DNA of 43,962 nt from an uncultured Acetobacteraceae bacterium (GTDB taxonomy: Bacteria > Pseudomonadota > Alphaproteobacteria > Acetobacterales > Acetobacteraceae): contig CAXTNN010000002.1 of the NCBI GenBank assembly GCA_964245545.1, positions 1-43,962 on the forward strand, given 5' to 3'. Below, one piece after another: positions 17,422 through 26,464 of the stretch. Below the pieces are notes generated by a model. That model made no database searches, had not been told where the DNA came from, and worked only from the letters and a program-made list of their open reading frames with translations. Every line of letters starts with the position of its first letter. Within the stretch, counting starts at the first letter, position 1. Both the position numbers and the translations under genes were made by a program.

Positions 17422-18572
17422 TCCGCGACCCGGACACCCTGGACGGTATCCTCGATTCGATCCGCAAGTTCGTGAACGAGGCCCTGATCCCGCGCGAGCA
17501 CGAGGTGGCGGAAACCGACGACATTCCCCTCGACGTCATCCAGGGTATGCGGGAACTCGGCTTGTTCGGCCTGACCATCCCGGAGGAGTATGGGGGCCTC
17601 GGCGTGACCATGGAGGAGGAGGTCAACATCGCCTTCGAACTGGGGCGTACCTCGCCCGCGTTCCGCTCCTACATCGGCACCAACAACGGGATCGGCTCTA
17701 TCGGCATCCTGCTGGACGGGACGGAAGGACAGAAGTCGAAGTACCTGCCAAGGCTGGCGAGCGGCGAGCTGATCGGCTCGTTCTGCCTGACGGAACCGGA
17801 CGCGGGGTCGGATGCCGCGTCGCTGAAGACCACGGCGGTGATGGACGGCAACCACTATGTCATCAACGGCACGAAGCGCTACATCACCAACGCGCCCCAC
17901 GCCGGCATCTTCACGGTGATGGCGCGCACGGACGCGGCGATCAAGGGAGCCGGCGGCATCAGCGCCTTCATCGTGGAGCGGGACACGCCGGGCATCTCGC
18001 TGGGCAAGCCCGACAAGAAGATGGGGCAGAAGGGCGCCCACACCAGCGACGTGATCTTCGACAACGTGCGTGTCCCGACCGAGCAGCTGATCGGCGCCGA
18101 GGAAGGGGTAGGGTTCAAAACGGCGATGCGGGTGCTGGACAAGGGGCGCCTGCACATCGCCGCGCTGAGCGTGGGCGCGGCCGAACGGATGCTGGCAGAC
18201 ACGTTGCAGTATGCCCTGGAGCGCAAGCAGTTCGGCAAGCCGATCGCCGAGTTCCAGCTCGTCCAGGGAATGCTGGCCGACAGCAAGGCAGAGATCTACG
18301 CTGCCCGCTGCATGGTGCTGGATGCCGCACGCAAGCGCGATGAGGGTTTGGTCATCTCCACCGAGGCTTCCTGCTCCAAGATGTTCGCGACTGAAATGTG
18401 CGGCCGGGTCGCGGACCGTTGTGTGCAGGTCCACGGCGGCGCCGGCTACGTCAGCGAATACGCGATCGAACGCTTCTACCGGGATGTGCGCCTGTTCCGT
18501 CTGTTTGAAGGGACAACGCAAATCCAGCAGGTCGTGATCGCGCGCAACATGATCAAAGAGGCACAGGGGTAG
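17418..18572 (+). CDS. Acyl-CoA dehydrogenase, DcaA-like (dicarboxylyl-CoA type)
   Basis: FCLTEPDAGSDA, NGTKRYITN, QVHGGAGY, FEGTTQIQ. The MIRD... N-terminus and TSPAFRSYIGTNNGIGS recall Acinetobacter DcaA-type enzymes (from memory). ATGA overlap with the CoA-transferase. Confidence 0.92.
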   Translation: MIRDPDTLDGILDSIRKFVNEALIPREHEVAETDDIPLDVIQGMRELGLFGLTIPEEYGGLGVTMEEEVNIAFELGRTSPAFRSYIGTNNGIGSIGILLDGTEGQKSKYLPRLASGELIGSFCLTEPDAGSDAASLKTTAVMDGNHYVINGTKRYITNAPHAGIFTVMARTDAAIKGAGGISAFIVERDTPGISLGKPDKKMGQKGAHTSDVIFDNVRVPTEQLIGAEEGVGFKTAMRVLDKGRLHIAALSVGAAERMLADTLQYALERKQFGKPIAEFQLVQGMLADSKAEIYAARCMVLDAARKRDEGLVISTEASCSKMFATEMCGRVADRCVQVHGGAGYVSEYAIERFYRDVRLFRLFEGTTQIQQVVIARNMIKEAQG

Positions 18573-18576
18573 GGAG

Positions 18577-19152
18577 GGCACCGTCAAGTTGGCGGCCGGC
18601 TTGTCGGGGCGTGTCTCGCCAGGTAGCCGGACGGGATGAGGGTCTCCGCTCCTCCCAGCTACGCCGGGCATCGCTTCCCGGCCGAGATCATCAGCCACGC
18701 AGTGTGGCTCGCAACAAGGCTGCAGCCAAGCGCCTGCTCAGGAAGCTGCTCAAGCGGCAGTGCCGGGCGCCGCGCGTCCTGATCACCGACAAGCTTGCCA
18801 GCTATGGGGCAGCGAAGAAGGAGATCATGCCGGGCGTCGAGCACCGGCAGCACAAGGGGCTGAACAACAGGGCAGAGAACTCGCACCAGCCGACCCGACG
18901 GCGAGAACGGCAGATGAAGCGCTTCAAGTCGCCCCTGCGGGCGCAGCGGTTCCTGTCCGTCCACGCCCAGGTCAGCAACCTGTTCCACCTCCGCCGCGAT
19001 CATCTCCCCGCCGCCCGCTACCGCGCCGCCCGCACCCAGGCTTTCCAGACCTGGGCCGAGGTCACCGGCGTTGCCGCTCAGATGTAGCCATTGCGGTCGT
19101 TATCCCGCCCGTATAGCTCTCCGCAACCGCAGCAGAACAAGTTGACGGTGCC
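18577..19152 (+). mobile_element. Internally deleted IS6-family element (576 bp) with both inverted repeats
   Basis: IRL GGCACCGTCAAGTT (18577-18590) and IRR AAGTTGACGGTGCC (19139-19152) match 13/14. Transposase starts at 18636 (YAGHRFPAEIISHAVW), then jumps near 18710 out of frame to RNKAAAKRLLRK...ITDKLASY...LNNRAENSHQP (stop 19087). No target duplication (GTAGGGAG vs CCGGCGCC). Confidence 0.93.
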
Positions 19153-19325
19153 CCGGCGCCCTCCCCGACGTAGCGCCCTGGCGTGAAGAACAGGCCCGAC
19201 CAGTGGGACGGCTGCTTGGGCTGGTCTGTCTGCGCCGAAGCCGCAGGCGTCAGAGCCAGCACGGCGGCCAGGGCAAGTGCCTGGGCCATTCCCGAGAGAA
19301 GCCTGTTTCCGACGAAGCCCCGCAT
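19153..19325 (-). pseudogene. Secreted protein (probable alpha/beta hydrolase) N-terminus truncated by IS6
   Basis: ATG 19325 with strong RBS; signal peptide ...LALTPAASA; GLFFTPGRYVGEG, then abruptly the IS6 IRR. Family assignment is weak. Confidence 0.6.
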
Positions 19326-19405
19326 CCCCTCCTCCCTCTCTCTGCATCCCGGCAACGACTTGGCGCTGGGTGCATGTCGGTGTCCGATCGTGCAATCCTG
19401 CCGTG

Positions 19406-20470
19406 TCACGAGTCCTCTACGGGCCGGAGGTGCGATGGATCGATCGCCAGCCAGGCTTCGGCGCCGATGGACGCCGCATCGCTGGGTGGCACGAGCACCC
19501 GAACCCTGCCGTCACCGGACCGGGGCTGGGCTACGAATTCCCACGTGTCCCCGAGAAAGGCCCGGGACTGGACCAGGACGGGGATGGCCGTAACATGCGA
19601 TCCGGCCCCTGACGGCTCGGCCAGCAGGCGCGCCTCCTGCGGCCGCAACGAAAAGCTGTGCTCGCCGGGCTCGATGCAGTTCAGCGGGATCGCGAAGCCA
19701 TCGAACCGCACCATCCTGCCGTCGGACACCCCGCGCAGAATGTTGGACCGGCCCAGGAACTCTGCGACGAAGCGGGTGCGCGGGCGGGCGTACAGCGCCT
19801 GCGGAGCGTCAACCTGCTCAATGCGGCCCTTGTTCATCACCGCGATGCGGTCCGACACCGCCATCGCCTCGGCCTGGTCATGGGTGACGTAGATGGACGT
19901 GGTGCCGAACTCGTCGTGGAGGCGGCGGATCTCCGTGCGCATCTCCTCGCGCAGGTTGGCGTCCAGGTTGGACAGCGGTTCGTCCATCAGCAGCACGCCA
20001 GGCCGCACCACCAAGGCGCGTGCCAGGGAGACGCGCTGCTGCTGCCCGCCCGACAGCTCCGCCGGGTAGCGTCCGGCCAGGTGGCCGAGGCGCACCACGT
20101 CCAGCATGCGCGCCACCCGGTCCTGGCGCTCGGCCGCGCTCACCCGGCGCATCCGAAGCCCGAACGCCACGTTCTGCGACACGGTCATGTTCGGCCACAA
20201 CGCATAGCTCTGGAAGATCATGGACATGCCACGACGCTCCGGCGGCACCGTTGCGCCCGGTGACGACAGCACCGCCCCGTCCACCACCACTTGGCCGGCG
20301 CTGGGTTCCACGAAGCCCGCGACCATGCGCAGGGTCGTGGTCTTGCCGCAGCCGGACGGGCCCAGCAAGGACAGGAACTCGCCCGGGCGCAGCGCCAGGT
20401 CCAGCCGGTCCACTACCACCGCGAACCCGAACGACTTGCCCAGGCCGTCCAGCAGCACTGTGGACGTCAT
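19406..20470 (-). CDS. ABC transporter ATP-binding protein (FbpC/PotA type)
   Basis: GPSGCGKTT Walker A, LSGGQQQR, LLMDEP, YVTHDQ, TOBE-like tail. True start ATG 20470. Confidence 0.95.
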   Translation of the reverse strand: MTSTVLLDGLGKSFGFAVVVDRLDLALRPGEFLSLLGPSGCGKTTTLRMVAGFVEPSAGQVVVDGAVLSSPGATVPPERRGMSMIFQSYALWPNMTVSQNVAFGLRMRRVSAAERQDRVARMLDVVRLGHLAGRYPAELSGGQQQRVSLARALVVRPGVLLMDEPLSNLDANLREEMRTEIRRLHDEFGTTSIYVTHDQAEAMAVSDRIAVMNKGRIEQVDAPQALYARPRTRFVAEFLGRSNILRGVSDGRMVRFDGFAIPLNCIEPGEHSFSLRPQEARLLAEPSGAGSHVTAIPVLVQSRAFLGDTWEFVAQPRSGDGRVRVLVPPSDAASIGAEAWLAIDPSHLRPVEDS

Positions 20471-22203
20471 GGCCGACGATCCATGAAGTCGCGCCCGAGC
20501 ATCAGAGTGCCCGCCAGGGCCACCGCCCCAGTCACCAGCAGCAGCAGGACGGAGATGGCGGCAAGCTGCTCGTACTGCCCCTGCTCGCTCAGCTCCAGCG
20601 TGAGCACGGACACAACCCGGCTTTGCGGGCCGGACAGGAACACGGCGGTGGACAGCTCCCGCGTGGCGACGATGAACACCAGAAGCCACGACCCGAAGAC
20701 CGGTCCGCGCAGCACCGGCAGCACGACGCGCCAGAGCGCCTGGACGCGGCTGCCCCCGGCAATGCGCACGGCTTCCTCCAGCTCCGGGTTGAGTCGGCCG
20801 ACCGCGGCCCCGGCATTGGTGAACGAGATGGGTACGAACCGGGTGGTGAACGCGATCACGACCAGCGTGCCCAGCCCATAGAGCGAGAAGGGCGGCACCG
20901 CATAGGCGGCGTAGAAGCAGATGGCCAGCACGATGCCCGGCACCGCGAACGGCGCCAGCGTCACCGCCGACCACAAGCCCGCCCAGGGCAGCAAGCGCCG
21001 CTGGGTAACGTAGCCGACGCCGAAGCCCAGCACGGTGCAGGCGGTGGCCGTCAACAGCGCATAGTCGATCGTGTTCAGCAGCGCACCCCGCACTGTTTCC
21101 TGCAGGAACGCTTGCCGGAGATTGTCGAGTGTGAAGTTCGCAGCCGACATGGGCTGGGCCCAGGCCCGGCTGAACGCCGTTTGCAGCAACACCAGCAGCG
21201 GCAGGGCCACCGTCGCTCCCGTGACGGCAACGGCGTAGGCGAACAGCATCCAGCGCCAGGCACCAAGGCGCAGGGGCTCGCGGCTGCCGCCCTTGCCGCT
21301 GACGGTCACGAACGACCGGCGGCGCAGCATCCGACGCTGCAACCACAGCAGGACCACGGTGATGCCGACCAGCGGCATGGAGTAGGCGGATGCCACCTCC
21401 AACCGGATCGGGTTCTCGAAGAACGCGGCGAGCTGGGTGGTGACCACGTTGAATCCCGCCGGGATCGCCAGCAGCGCCGGCGTGCCGTACAGTCCCAACG
21501 CCTCCAGGAACACCAGCAGTATCGCACCCGTGATCGCGGGCATCGCCAGCGGCAGCGTGACGCCGAGCGTGGTGCGCAGCGCGCCGGCGCCCAGGATCGC
21601 CGCCGCTTCCTCCATGTCTGTCGGCACTAGGTCGAGCGAGGAGCGGGTGAAGACGTAGATGAGCGGGTAGGAGTAGAGGGCCGTCACCACCGCCAGCCCA
21701 GTAAACGAGAACACGTTGAACGGCCCGGCCGCAGCCCCGGTCAGCGCCACCCAGGCCCGGTTGAGCCAGCCGGCGTTCGGGCCGCCCAGCAGGATCCAGC
21801 CGATCGCGCCCACGAAGGGCGGGATCAGGAACGAGCCTACCACCAGCCCGTGGAACACCCGGCGGCCCGGCAGGTCCGTCCGCGACACCGCCCAGGCCAT
21901 GGGCACGGCAAGCACGGCGCCGATCGCGGCCGCGACCGCGCCCAGCTCCAGCGAGTTGACCATCGCCTGCACATAGCGCGGGCGGCCGAACGCAGCCGCG
22001 TAGTTGCCAAGCGTCAGCCCGTGCCCTCCTGGGTCGCTCAGGCTGAAGTGGAGGAGGTGGTAGAGCGGGTTGGCGACCAGGAACACCAGCACTGCCAGCA
22101 GCACGACCGCGACGGGCACGGTCGGGTCGGGCAAGCCAAGGCGCAGGCTACGGGCCGGGAGAACGGGAGCGACCGCAACATCTGCGGGACCGGGCGGCGC
22201 CAT
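20467..22203 (-). CDS. ABC transporter permease (FbpB/ThiP type, two TM domains)
   Basis: Two EAA loops (MEEAAAILGA, LEEAVRIAGG), 578 aa. Confidence 0.93.
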   Translation of the reverse strand: MAPPGPADVAVAPVLPARSLRLGLPDPTVPVAVVLLAVLVFLVANPLYHLLHFSLSDPGGHGLTLGNYAAAFGRPRYVQAMVNSLELGAVAAAIGAVLAVPMAWAVSRTDLPGRRVFHGLVVGSFLIPPFVGAIGWILLGGPNAGWLNRAWVALTGAAAGPFNVFSFTGLAVVTALYSYPLIYVFTRSSLDLVPTDMEEAAAILGAGALRTTLGVTLPLAMPAITGAILLVFLEALGLYGTPALLAIPAGFNVVTTQLAAFFENPIRLEVASAYSMPLVGITVVLLWLQRRMLRRRSFVTVSGKGGSREPLRLGAWRWMLFAYAVAVTGATVALPLLVLLQTAFSRAWAQPMSAANFTLDNLRQAFLQETVRGALLNTIDYALLTATACTVLGFGVGYVTQRRLLPWAGLWSAVTLAPFAVPGIVLAICFYAAYAVPPFSLYGLGTLVVIAFTTRFVPISFTNAGAAVGRLNPELEEAVRIAGGSRVQALWRVVLPVLRGPVFGSWLLVFIVATRELSTAVFLSGPQSRVVSVLTLELSEQGQYEQLAAISVLLLLVTGAVALAGTLMLGRDFMDRRP

Positions 22204-22204
22204 G

Positions 22205-23047
22205 TCAGCGCCCGGTGAACCGCGGGCGGCGCTTTTCCATGAAGGCGCGGCGCCCTTCCCTGAAGTCCTCGCTGTTCATGCACGCATCGCCCAGCCGCTT
22301 GGCCAAGCTGGGTTCGCGCTGCTCCGGGTCGAGCAAGAGCTGGGCGATGGTCTGCTTGGCGGCGTCGATGGCGAGCGGGGCGTTGCCCGCGATCGTGCGG
22401 GCCAGGTCCATGGCCGTGTCCGCCACGGCGGCCGGCGGCACGATCCGTTCCACCAGGCCGATGCGCAGCGCTTCGGCACCGTCGATGCGCATGCCGGTGA
22501 ACATCAGCAGCCGGGCCCAGGCCGGGCCAACCAGCGACACGAGACTACGCAACCCGTCCCAGCCGTAGGCGATGCCGAGGCGCGCGGCGGGGATGCCGAA
22601 GCTGCTGGTGTCGGCGGCGATGCGCATGTCGGCGAGCATCGCCACCAACAGGCCGCCACCCAGGCAGAAGCCGCGGATCGCGGCGATGGTCGGCTTGGGA
22701 TAGAGGGCAAGCAGGTCGCGCGCTTCCTGGCTGCGCCGTGCGTATTCCTCGGACGAGGCGGCGTCGTGCCGCACCTTGTCGAACTGGCTGATGTCCGCGC
22801 CGGAAGCGAAGGCGTCGTCGCCAGCGCCGGTCAGGACCACGACGCGGATCGCCGGGTCGTCACGGTGCGCGCGCAGGGCCTGGCCCAGCCCTTCCCACAT
22901 TTCCAGCGACAGGGCGTTGCGCCGGGCCGGGTTGTTGATGGTGACCAGGCCGACGGGGCCGTCCGATCCCTGGATGATCTTGCCATCGGCCAGATGCACC
23001 TCCGTGTCCGCCTCCGCCCGTGGCCGCACAGTTGCACCGTCGCTCAT
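22205..23047 (-). CDS. Crotonase/enoyl-CoA hydratase superfamily protein (non-canonical)
   Basis: NNPARRNALS, FASGADI oxyanion hole, GFCLGGG, EDFREGRRAFMEKRRPRF. Confidence 0.93.
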   Translation of the reverse strand: MSDGATVRPRAEADTEVHLADGKIIQGSDGPVGLVTINNPARRNALSLEMWEGLGQALRAHRDDPAIRVVVLTGAGDDAFASGADISQFDKVRHDAASSEEYARRSQEARDLLALYPKPTIAAIRGFCLGGGLLVAMLADMRIAADTSSFGIPAARLGIAYGWDGLRSLVSLVGPAWARLLMFTGMRIDGAEALRIGLVERIVPPAAVADTAMDLARTIAGNAPLAIDAAKQTIAQLLLDPEQREPSLAKRLGDACMNSEDFREGRRAFMEKRRPRFTGR

Positions 23048-23162
23048 GCCGGGTTCTCCTCGTTGGACTGGGATTTGTAAGCCGGTTCCTTCTCCGCCAG
23101 GCGCAGCCTGACCCGGCGCGACGCGCCCGGCTTCCAGGCGCGGTGCAGGACCAGCACAGCCG

Positions 23163-24218
23163 TCAGACGCCGAAGGTGTCGCGCCACTTCTCCGTCAGCT
23201 CGGGAAGCTCCTTCGTGATCTCCTCGACGGACGGGCGCACGGTCTTGAGATCGGCCAGGCTCTTGTAGCCGGGCGGCAACGCCACGTCCGTGCGCAGCGG
23301 CAAATCGAACTCCTCGACGTCCTCCCCGGCCGTTTCCCGCCCATAGAGGAACTCCATGAACAGGCGTGCCGCATTCGGGCTTTTCGTGCTCTTCATGATG
23401 CCGGAGCCGGAAATCATCAGCACGGAGCCGTCTTCCGGGTAGGCAGGCGCAACCGGGCTGCCGGCCGCGGCGTCATGAAGAACCAGCGACGCCGGGCTGG
23501 CGCCGAGGCTGCGCTCGCCCGAGGAAAGCACCGTCACTGTGTCGATGATGGATCGGCCGACATGCGGCTTCAACGCGGCAAGCTGCTCGAAGTACTCCCA
23601 GCCGAACATCTTGGTCATCTGCACCACCCAGGTACCGACGAAGCCGCTGAAGCCGGGGTGGCCGACCACCAGCTTGCCACGCCACTTCGGATCGACGAAG
23701 CCCTTCCACCCGGACGGAACATCGGCGGGCTTGATCTGGCGGGTGTTGAAGCCGAAGCCGACCGTGGAGGCGTTGGCGATCTGGTAGGCCTGGTCGGGAT
23801 CGACGTCGCGGAACCGCGGGTCGATGGCATCCGTGCGCAGGGGCTTGTAGGGAAGGAGTTGGCCCATCTGCTTCAGCGCGACGTAGTGGCTCATGTCCGT
23901 GGACGCGAACACGTCGCAGTTGGCCACATTGGCGCGTATGTCCTGGCTGAGCCGCTGGAACGCGACCTGGGCCGTGGTTCGCACGACGTTGACCGGGATG
24001 CCAGGATAGGCTTTGCGGAACAGCGCCGCGTGCTTCTCCGCCCGGTCCGATGGCCAGTAAGCGACGTACCAGGTGACGCCGCTCTCGGCCTTGGCCTTGG
24101 CGTAGAGCTCTGCCAGCGCGGCCTCGTGGGGATCGGCGGCTTGCGCCAGGGTCCGCCCGCCCTCCCCCAGCACGGCCGCACTCGTTGCAAGGCCGGCGGT
24201 GAAGTTCCTGCGGCGCAT
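23163..24218 (-). CDS. Extracellular solute-binding protein (FbpA/AfuA-like), Tat signal
   Basis: MRRRNF twin-arginine leader; DPKWRGKL, PNAARLFMEFL. Start is 24218 or 24224. Confidence 0.9.
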   Translation of the reverse strand: MRRRNFTAGLATSAAVLGEGGRTLAQAADPHEAALAELYAKAKAESGVTWYVAYWPSDRAEKHAALFRKAYPGIPVNVVRTTAQVAFQRLSQDIRANVANCDVFASTDMSHYVALKQMGQLLPYKPLRTDAIDPRFRDVDPDQAYQIANASTVGFGFNTRQIKPADVPSGWKGFVDPKWRGKLVVGHPGFSGFVGTWVVQMTKMFGWEYFEQLAALKPHVGRSIIDTVTVLSSGERSLGASPASLVLHDAAAGSPVAPAYPEDGSVLMISGSGIMKSTKSPNAARLFMEFLYGRETAGEDVEEFDLPLRTDVALPPGYKSLADLKTVRPSVEEITKELPELTEKWRDTFGV

Positions 24219-24327
24219 GGTCATTCCTGGCTTCCCGTTCCCTCGCAGGGCTTCCTGCAGCCCTTTGATCAGCATGACAGCATTGATCTAAAGGATACGC
24301 AATGCACTTATAAGCATACAGACGGGG

Positions 24328-25023
24328 ATGCAACGGATGCGCACTAAGGCCAGCGACCGGCTGCTCAGGCGGCTGCAGGACGACATCGAGGCGGGAACGC
24401 TGGCGCCCGGCGACCGGCTAGATGAGCAGGCGCTGGCGGAGCGGTTCGCCGTATCCCGCACCCCGGCGCGCGAGGCGCTGCTGCGCCTGGCCGCGTCCGG
24501 GGCGGTGCGCATGGTGCCGCGGCGCGGCGCGGTGGTGAGCGGCGTGTCGCCCGCGCTCGCCATCGGCATGGTGGAGGTGCTGACCGCGCTGGAAGCGGAG
24601 GCGGCAGGGCTGGCGGCCCGCCGCATGGATCCGGCCGGGCGTCGGCAACTGGCGGCCGCGCACGCCGCCATGGCCAATGCGGTCGAGCAGTTGGACAGCG
24701 ACAGCTACATCGCCGGCAACGCCGGGTTCCACGCCCTGATCCACGCCGCGGCCAGCAACGCCTTCCTGGCCGAGCAGGTCGCCGCGGTGCGCCGCCGCAT
24801 GCGCTTCTACCATCGCAGCAGCCTGACCCGGCCGGCGCGGCTCCGAGCGTCCTGGCAGGAGCACGGCCTGGTGCTGGACGCGGTCCTCAAAGGTGACGAG
24901 GGCGGCGCACGCGAGGCCATGCGCCAGCACATCCTGTTCGGCGGCAAGGTCTTTTCCGACATGCTGGCCAGCCTGGCGGTGGGCAGCGATGACGCGCCAA
25001 GCCTCCCCGGTCCGGCCGCATGA
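24328..25023 (+). CDS. GntR family regulator (FadR/FCD)
   Basis: LAPGDRLDEQALAERFAVSRTPAREAL HTH; FHALI...EHGLVLDAV FCD domain. Confidence 0.93.
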   Translation: MQRMRTKASDRLLRRLQDDIEAGTLAPGDRLDEQALAERFAVSRTPAREALLRLAASGAVRMVPRRGAVVSGVSPALAIGMVEVLTALEAEAAGLAARRMDPAGRRQLAAAHAAMANAVEQLDSDSYIAGNAGFHALIHAAASNAFLAEQVAAVRRRMRFYHRSSLTRPARLRASWQEHGLVLDAVLKGDEGGAREAMRQHILFGGKVFSDMLASLAVGSDDAPSLPGPAA

Positions 25024-25271
25024 GGACGTTCGCCATCCGCACCCGCCGGCGCAGCGGTCCCAAGGTGCTGGATTACGAGGAGGTTGACCTTCCCGGACCC
25101 GGCCTGGGCGAGGTGCCGATGCGTGCGGCGGCCAAGATCCCGGCGGCGGTCGCCGCCGGCCATGAGGAGGTAATGGACATGCTGACTGAGGATTTCCTGG
25201 ACCGCGCCGTCGTGGCCCACCGGGCGCTGCAGTCCCGCGCCATCACCGATGCCTCGGCGCTGGTTCCGTGA
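25020..25271 (+). pseudogene. Internally deleted NADPH:quinone oxidoreductase (Qor/MDR) remnant
   Basis: N-terminus AIR...GPKVLDYEEVDLPGPGLGEV joined to C-terminus AVVAHRALQSRAITDASALVP. Only 83 aa versus about 325 aa for Qor. Confidence 0.7.
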
Positions 25272-26464
25272 GCGCCGGTTCAACGGCCGTCCCTGCCCCG
25301 GCTGCCTTGCCGTTGTCGGGCCTGCGCGTGCTGGATTTGACGCTGGCCCGGGCCGGTCCTACCTGCGTGCGCCACCTGGCGGACTGGGGCGCCGACGTGG
25401 TCCGAATCGAGCCGCCGGGCGAGGAGGGCGGCGAGGTCGCCGGCAAGCGTACCGGGTCGGACTTCCAGAACCTTCATCGCAACAAGCGCTGCCTCCAGAT
25501 CGACCTGAAGCACCCCGATGGCCACGCGGCTTTCATGCGCCTCGTGGCGGGCGCGGACGTGTTGGTGGAGAACATGCGGCCGAACGTGAAGCACCGGTTA
25601 GGCATCGCGTGGGACGACATCCATGCAGCCAACCCGCGCGTGGTCTATGGCAGCATCAGCGGCTTCGGCCAGGACGGGCCATACGGCCACCGGGCCGGCG
25701 TGGACCAGATCGCCCAAGGCATGGGCGGGCTGATGTCCATCACGGGCTTGCTCGGCGGCGGACCCTTGCGCGTCGGCATCGCTATCGCCGACATGACGGC
25801 CGGCAACCTGCTCGCCTTCGGCATCATGGCGGCCCTGCACGACCGGGAACGCACCGGGGTGGGCCGCTGGGTCACCACCAGCCTGCTGGAAGCGCAAATC
25901 TTCATGCTGGACTTCCAGGCCGCGCGCTTCCTCATGGAAGGCGAGGTGGCGGGACAGTCCGGCAACGACCACCCGACCATCATCCCGCAAGGCGTGTTCC
26001 CGGTCAGCGACGGGTTCATCAACATCGCCGCCGCGTCCGACCGGCTGTGGTCCCGCATGTGCGCCGCCATGGAGCGGCCGGACTGGGCCGCCCACCCGGG
26101 CTGGTCCACACGCGAAGGCCGCAGCCGCGACCGAGCTGCCGTCAACGCCGCCATCGCCGACGTCACCCGCCACCGTCCGGCGGCGTACTGGGTTGCGCTG
26201 CTGGAGCAGGCCGGCGTTCCGTGCGGCCCGATCCATGCAATCGACGCGATGTTCGACGATCCTCAGGTGCGCCACCTCGGAATAGCGACGCCTCTGCCCG
26301 GGGGCGGCACAGTGATAGCCTCGCCGATCAACCTGTCGGGCGTGGGCAAGGACGTGCGCCTACCGGTACCCGGCCCAAACGAGCACACGAGCATCATATT
26401 GGCGGAGGCTGGCTACGACCCAGCAGGGATCGCAACCCTCCGGGCGAAGGGAGCCGTCCGGTGA
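25268..26464 (+). CDS. CaiB/BaiF family III CoA-transferase
   Basis: LDLTLARAGP, LADWGADVVRIEPP, HRNKR, GVDQIAQG, catalytic Asp in GIAIAD. Confidence 0.93.
   Translation: MSAGSTAVPAPAALPLSGLRVLDLTLARAGPTCVRHLADWGADVVRIEPPGEEGGEVAGKRTGSDFQNLHRNKRCLQIDLKHPDGHAAFMRLVAGADVLVENMRPNVKHRLGIAWDDIHAANPRVVYGSISGFGQDGPYGHRAGVDQIAQGMGGLMSITGLLGGGPLRVGIAIADMTAGNLLAFGIMAALHDRERTGVGRWVTTSLLEAQIFMLDFQAARFLMEGEVAGQSGNDHPTIIPQGVFPVSDGFINIAAASDRLWSRMCAAMERPDWAAHPGWSTREGRSRDRAAVNAAIADVTRHRPAAYWVALLEQAGVPCGPIHAIDAMFDDPQVRHLGIATPLPGGGTVIASPINLSGVGKDVRLPVPGPNEHTSIILAEAGYDPAGIATLRAKGAVR

Noticed and set aside
19406-21346. Apparent long fusion ORFs (646 aa here; also 678 aa at 6866-8902 and 574 aa at 40243-41967)
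   Set aside because: The N-terminal parts are off-frame reads of the upstream gene; internal starts (20470, 8293, 40993) give normal-sized proteins.
24292-24320. Possible GntR operator (CTTATAAG palindrome, GCATACA)
   Set aside because: Too short and single-copy to support by eye.
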